The translations under genes and the position numbers were made by a program. A DNA stretch of 32,000 bases from an archaeon GW2011_AR10 (GTDB lineage: Archaea > Iainarchaeota > Iainarchaeia > Iainarchaeales > GW2011-AR10), in the NCBI GenBank assembly GCA_000830275.1, contig CP010424.1, positions 300,001 to 332,000 on the forward strand, given 5' to 3'. Shown here one piece after another: positions 31,242 through 32,000 of the stretch (within the stretch, counting starts at the first letter, position 1; each line of letters begins with the position of its first letter). Below the pieces are notes generated by a model that saw only the letters and a program-made list of their open reading frames with translations, had not been told where the DNA came from and did no database searches.

Positions 31242-32000
31242 ATGAAAAAGTTGCTTTTTGGCACAGCCGGCATTCCTTCCTCAACTCAGGGCGATACAGT
31301 TGAAGGAGTGAAACAGGTTAGAAAGCTTGGCCTTGATGCAATGGAACTAGAGTTTGTTAGAAATGTAAACTTAAGTGAGGAAAAGGCACTGGAAGTAAAA
31401 AGGGCAGCTGAAGAAAACAGGGTGGTGCTTACTTGCCATGGCCAGTACTTCATTAATCTTAACGCGGTTGACAAAAAAAAGCTTGAAGCCAGCAAGAAGC
31501 GGGTTTTGGCTGCTGCAAGGCGTTCCTTTCAGGCTGGTGCGTGGAGTGTGTGCTTTCATCCGGCTTACCTTTTAGGGATGCCTGAAAAAAAAGTTTACGA
31601 GAACGTAAAGAGCGCGGTAAAGGAACTTGTTGGTCAGCTTAAGGATGAAGGCGTTACCATTTGGGTAAGGCCGGAAACAGCCGGAAAGCTTTCACAGTTT
31701 GGCTCGGTTGATGAGCTGATTTCCATGAGTGAGGAACTAGAACAAGTAATGCCCTGCATTGACTTCTCGCATGTTTGCGCCAGAAGCAATGGAAAGGAAA
31801 ACGAATTTGACGCATTTGCATTAATTTTGTCCAAGGTTGAGAAGAGACTTGGAAAGGATGCACTTAATAATCTTCACATCCATGCTCAGGGCATAGAGTT
31901 CAATGAGAAAGGGGAGCGAAGGCATATGATGCTGAACGAGTCAGACTTCAATTATAATGATTTGCTGAAGGCACTTAAAGAATTCAATGCAAAAGGCGTT
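31242..32000 (+). CDS. Endonuclease IV-like / xylose-isomerase-like TIM-barrel protein (AP endonuclease family 2); the 3' end lies outside the window
   Basis: Not in the ORF track because it runs off the window. My manual translation from the ATG at 31242 stays open to 32000: MKKLLFGTAGIPSS...LGLDAMELEF...LTCHGQYFINL...SVCFHPAY...VRPETAGK...PCIDFSHVCA...LHIHAQGIEF. The spacing of H/E/D metal-ligand-like blocks resembles the Nfo family. Confidence 0.6.
   Translation, partial: MKKLLFGTAGIPSSTQGDTVEGVKQVRKLGLDAMELEFVRNVNLSEEKALEVKRAAEENRVVLTCHGQYFINLNAVDKKKLEASKKRVLAAARRSFQAGAWSVCFHPAYLLGMPEKKVYENVKSAVKELVGQLKDEGVTIWVRPETAGKLSQFGSVDELISMSEELEQVMPCIDFSHVCARSNGKENEFDAFALILSKVEKRLGKDALNNLHIHAQGIEFNEKGERRHMMLNESDFNYNDLLKALKEFNAKGV

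Overview
This is a compact archaeal chromosomal segment. The evidence is an A-type ATP synthase operon in atpHIKECFABD order, AT-rich TATA-like boxes 20-35 nt upstream of many start codons (leaderless-style), GGAGGTG-type ribosome-binding sites inside operons, and many 4-nt ATGA start/stop overlaps. A small-genome uncultivated archaeon, possibly DPANN-like, is my guess only. No rRNA, tRNA, CRISPR array, transposase or integrase is visible. All calls come from reading the ORF translations and DNA by eye; no searches or alignments were run.

Gene content, left to right:
- glycine-cleavage P-protein subunit 2 (3' part)
- three tandem small basic helical paralogs of unknown family (minus strand)
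- a split lipoate-protein ligase (LplB-like plus LplA)
- S-adenosylhomocysteine hydrolase
- a 2166-aa N-terminally anchored giant surface protein with beta-sandwich repeats and a MIDAS-complete vWA domain
- a KaiC-like ATPase and ScpA
- a vapBC toxin-antitoxin pair followed by about 490 bp of coding-poor DNA
- an APC permease, CorA and MsrB
- two paralogous GT-A glycosyltransferase-like genes, one apparently degenerate
- a RibD_C/DHFR-like reductase
- a basic HExxH protein next to a truncated SufS-like remnant
- a small membrane protein translationally coupled to the complete ATP synthase operon
- an extracytoplasmic thiol-disulfide module (Trx-like lipoprotein, CcdA/DsbD-like, VKOR)
- a partial endonuclease IV-like TIM-barrel gene

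The most interesting items are:
- the giant vWA surface protein
- the uncharacterised three-paralog cassette
- the split VKOR/Trx/CcdA module, in a genome that encodes a Cys-rich giant exoprotein
- the small membrane ORF coupled to atpH
- short tandem duplications at the 3' ends of three unrelated genes
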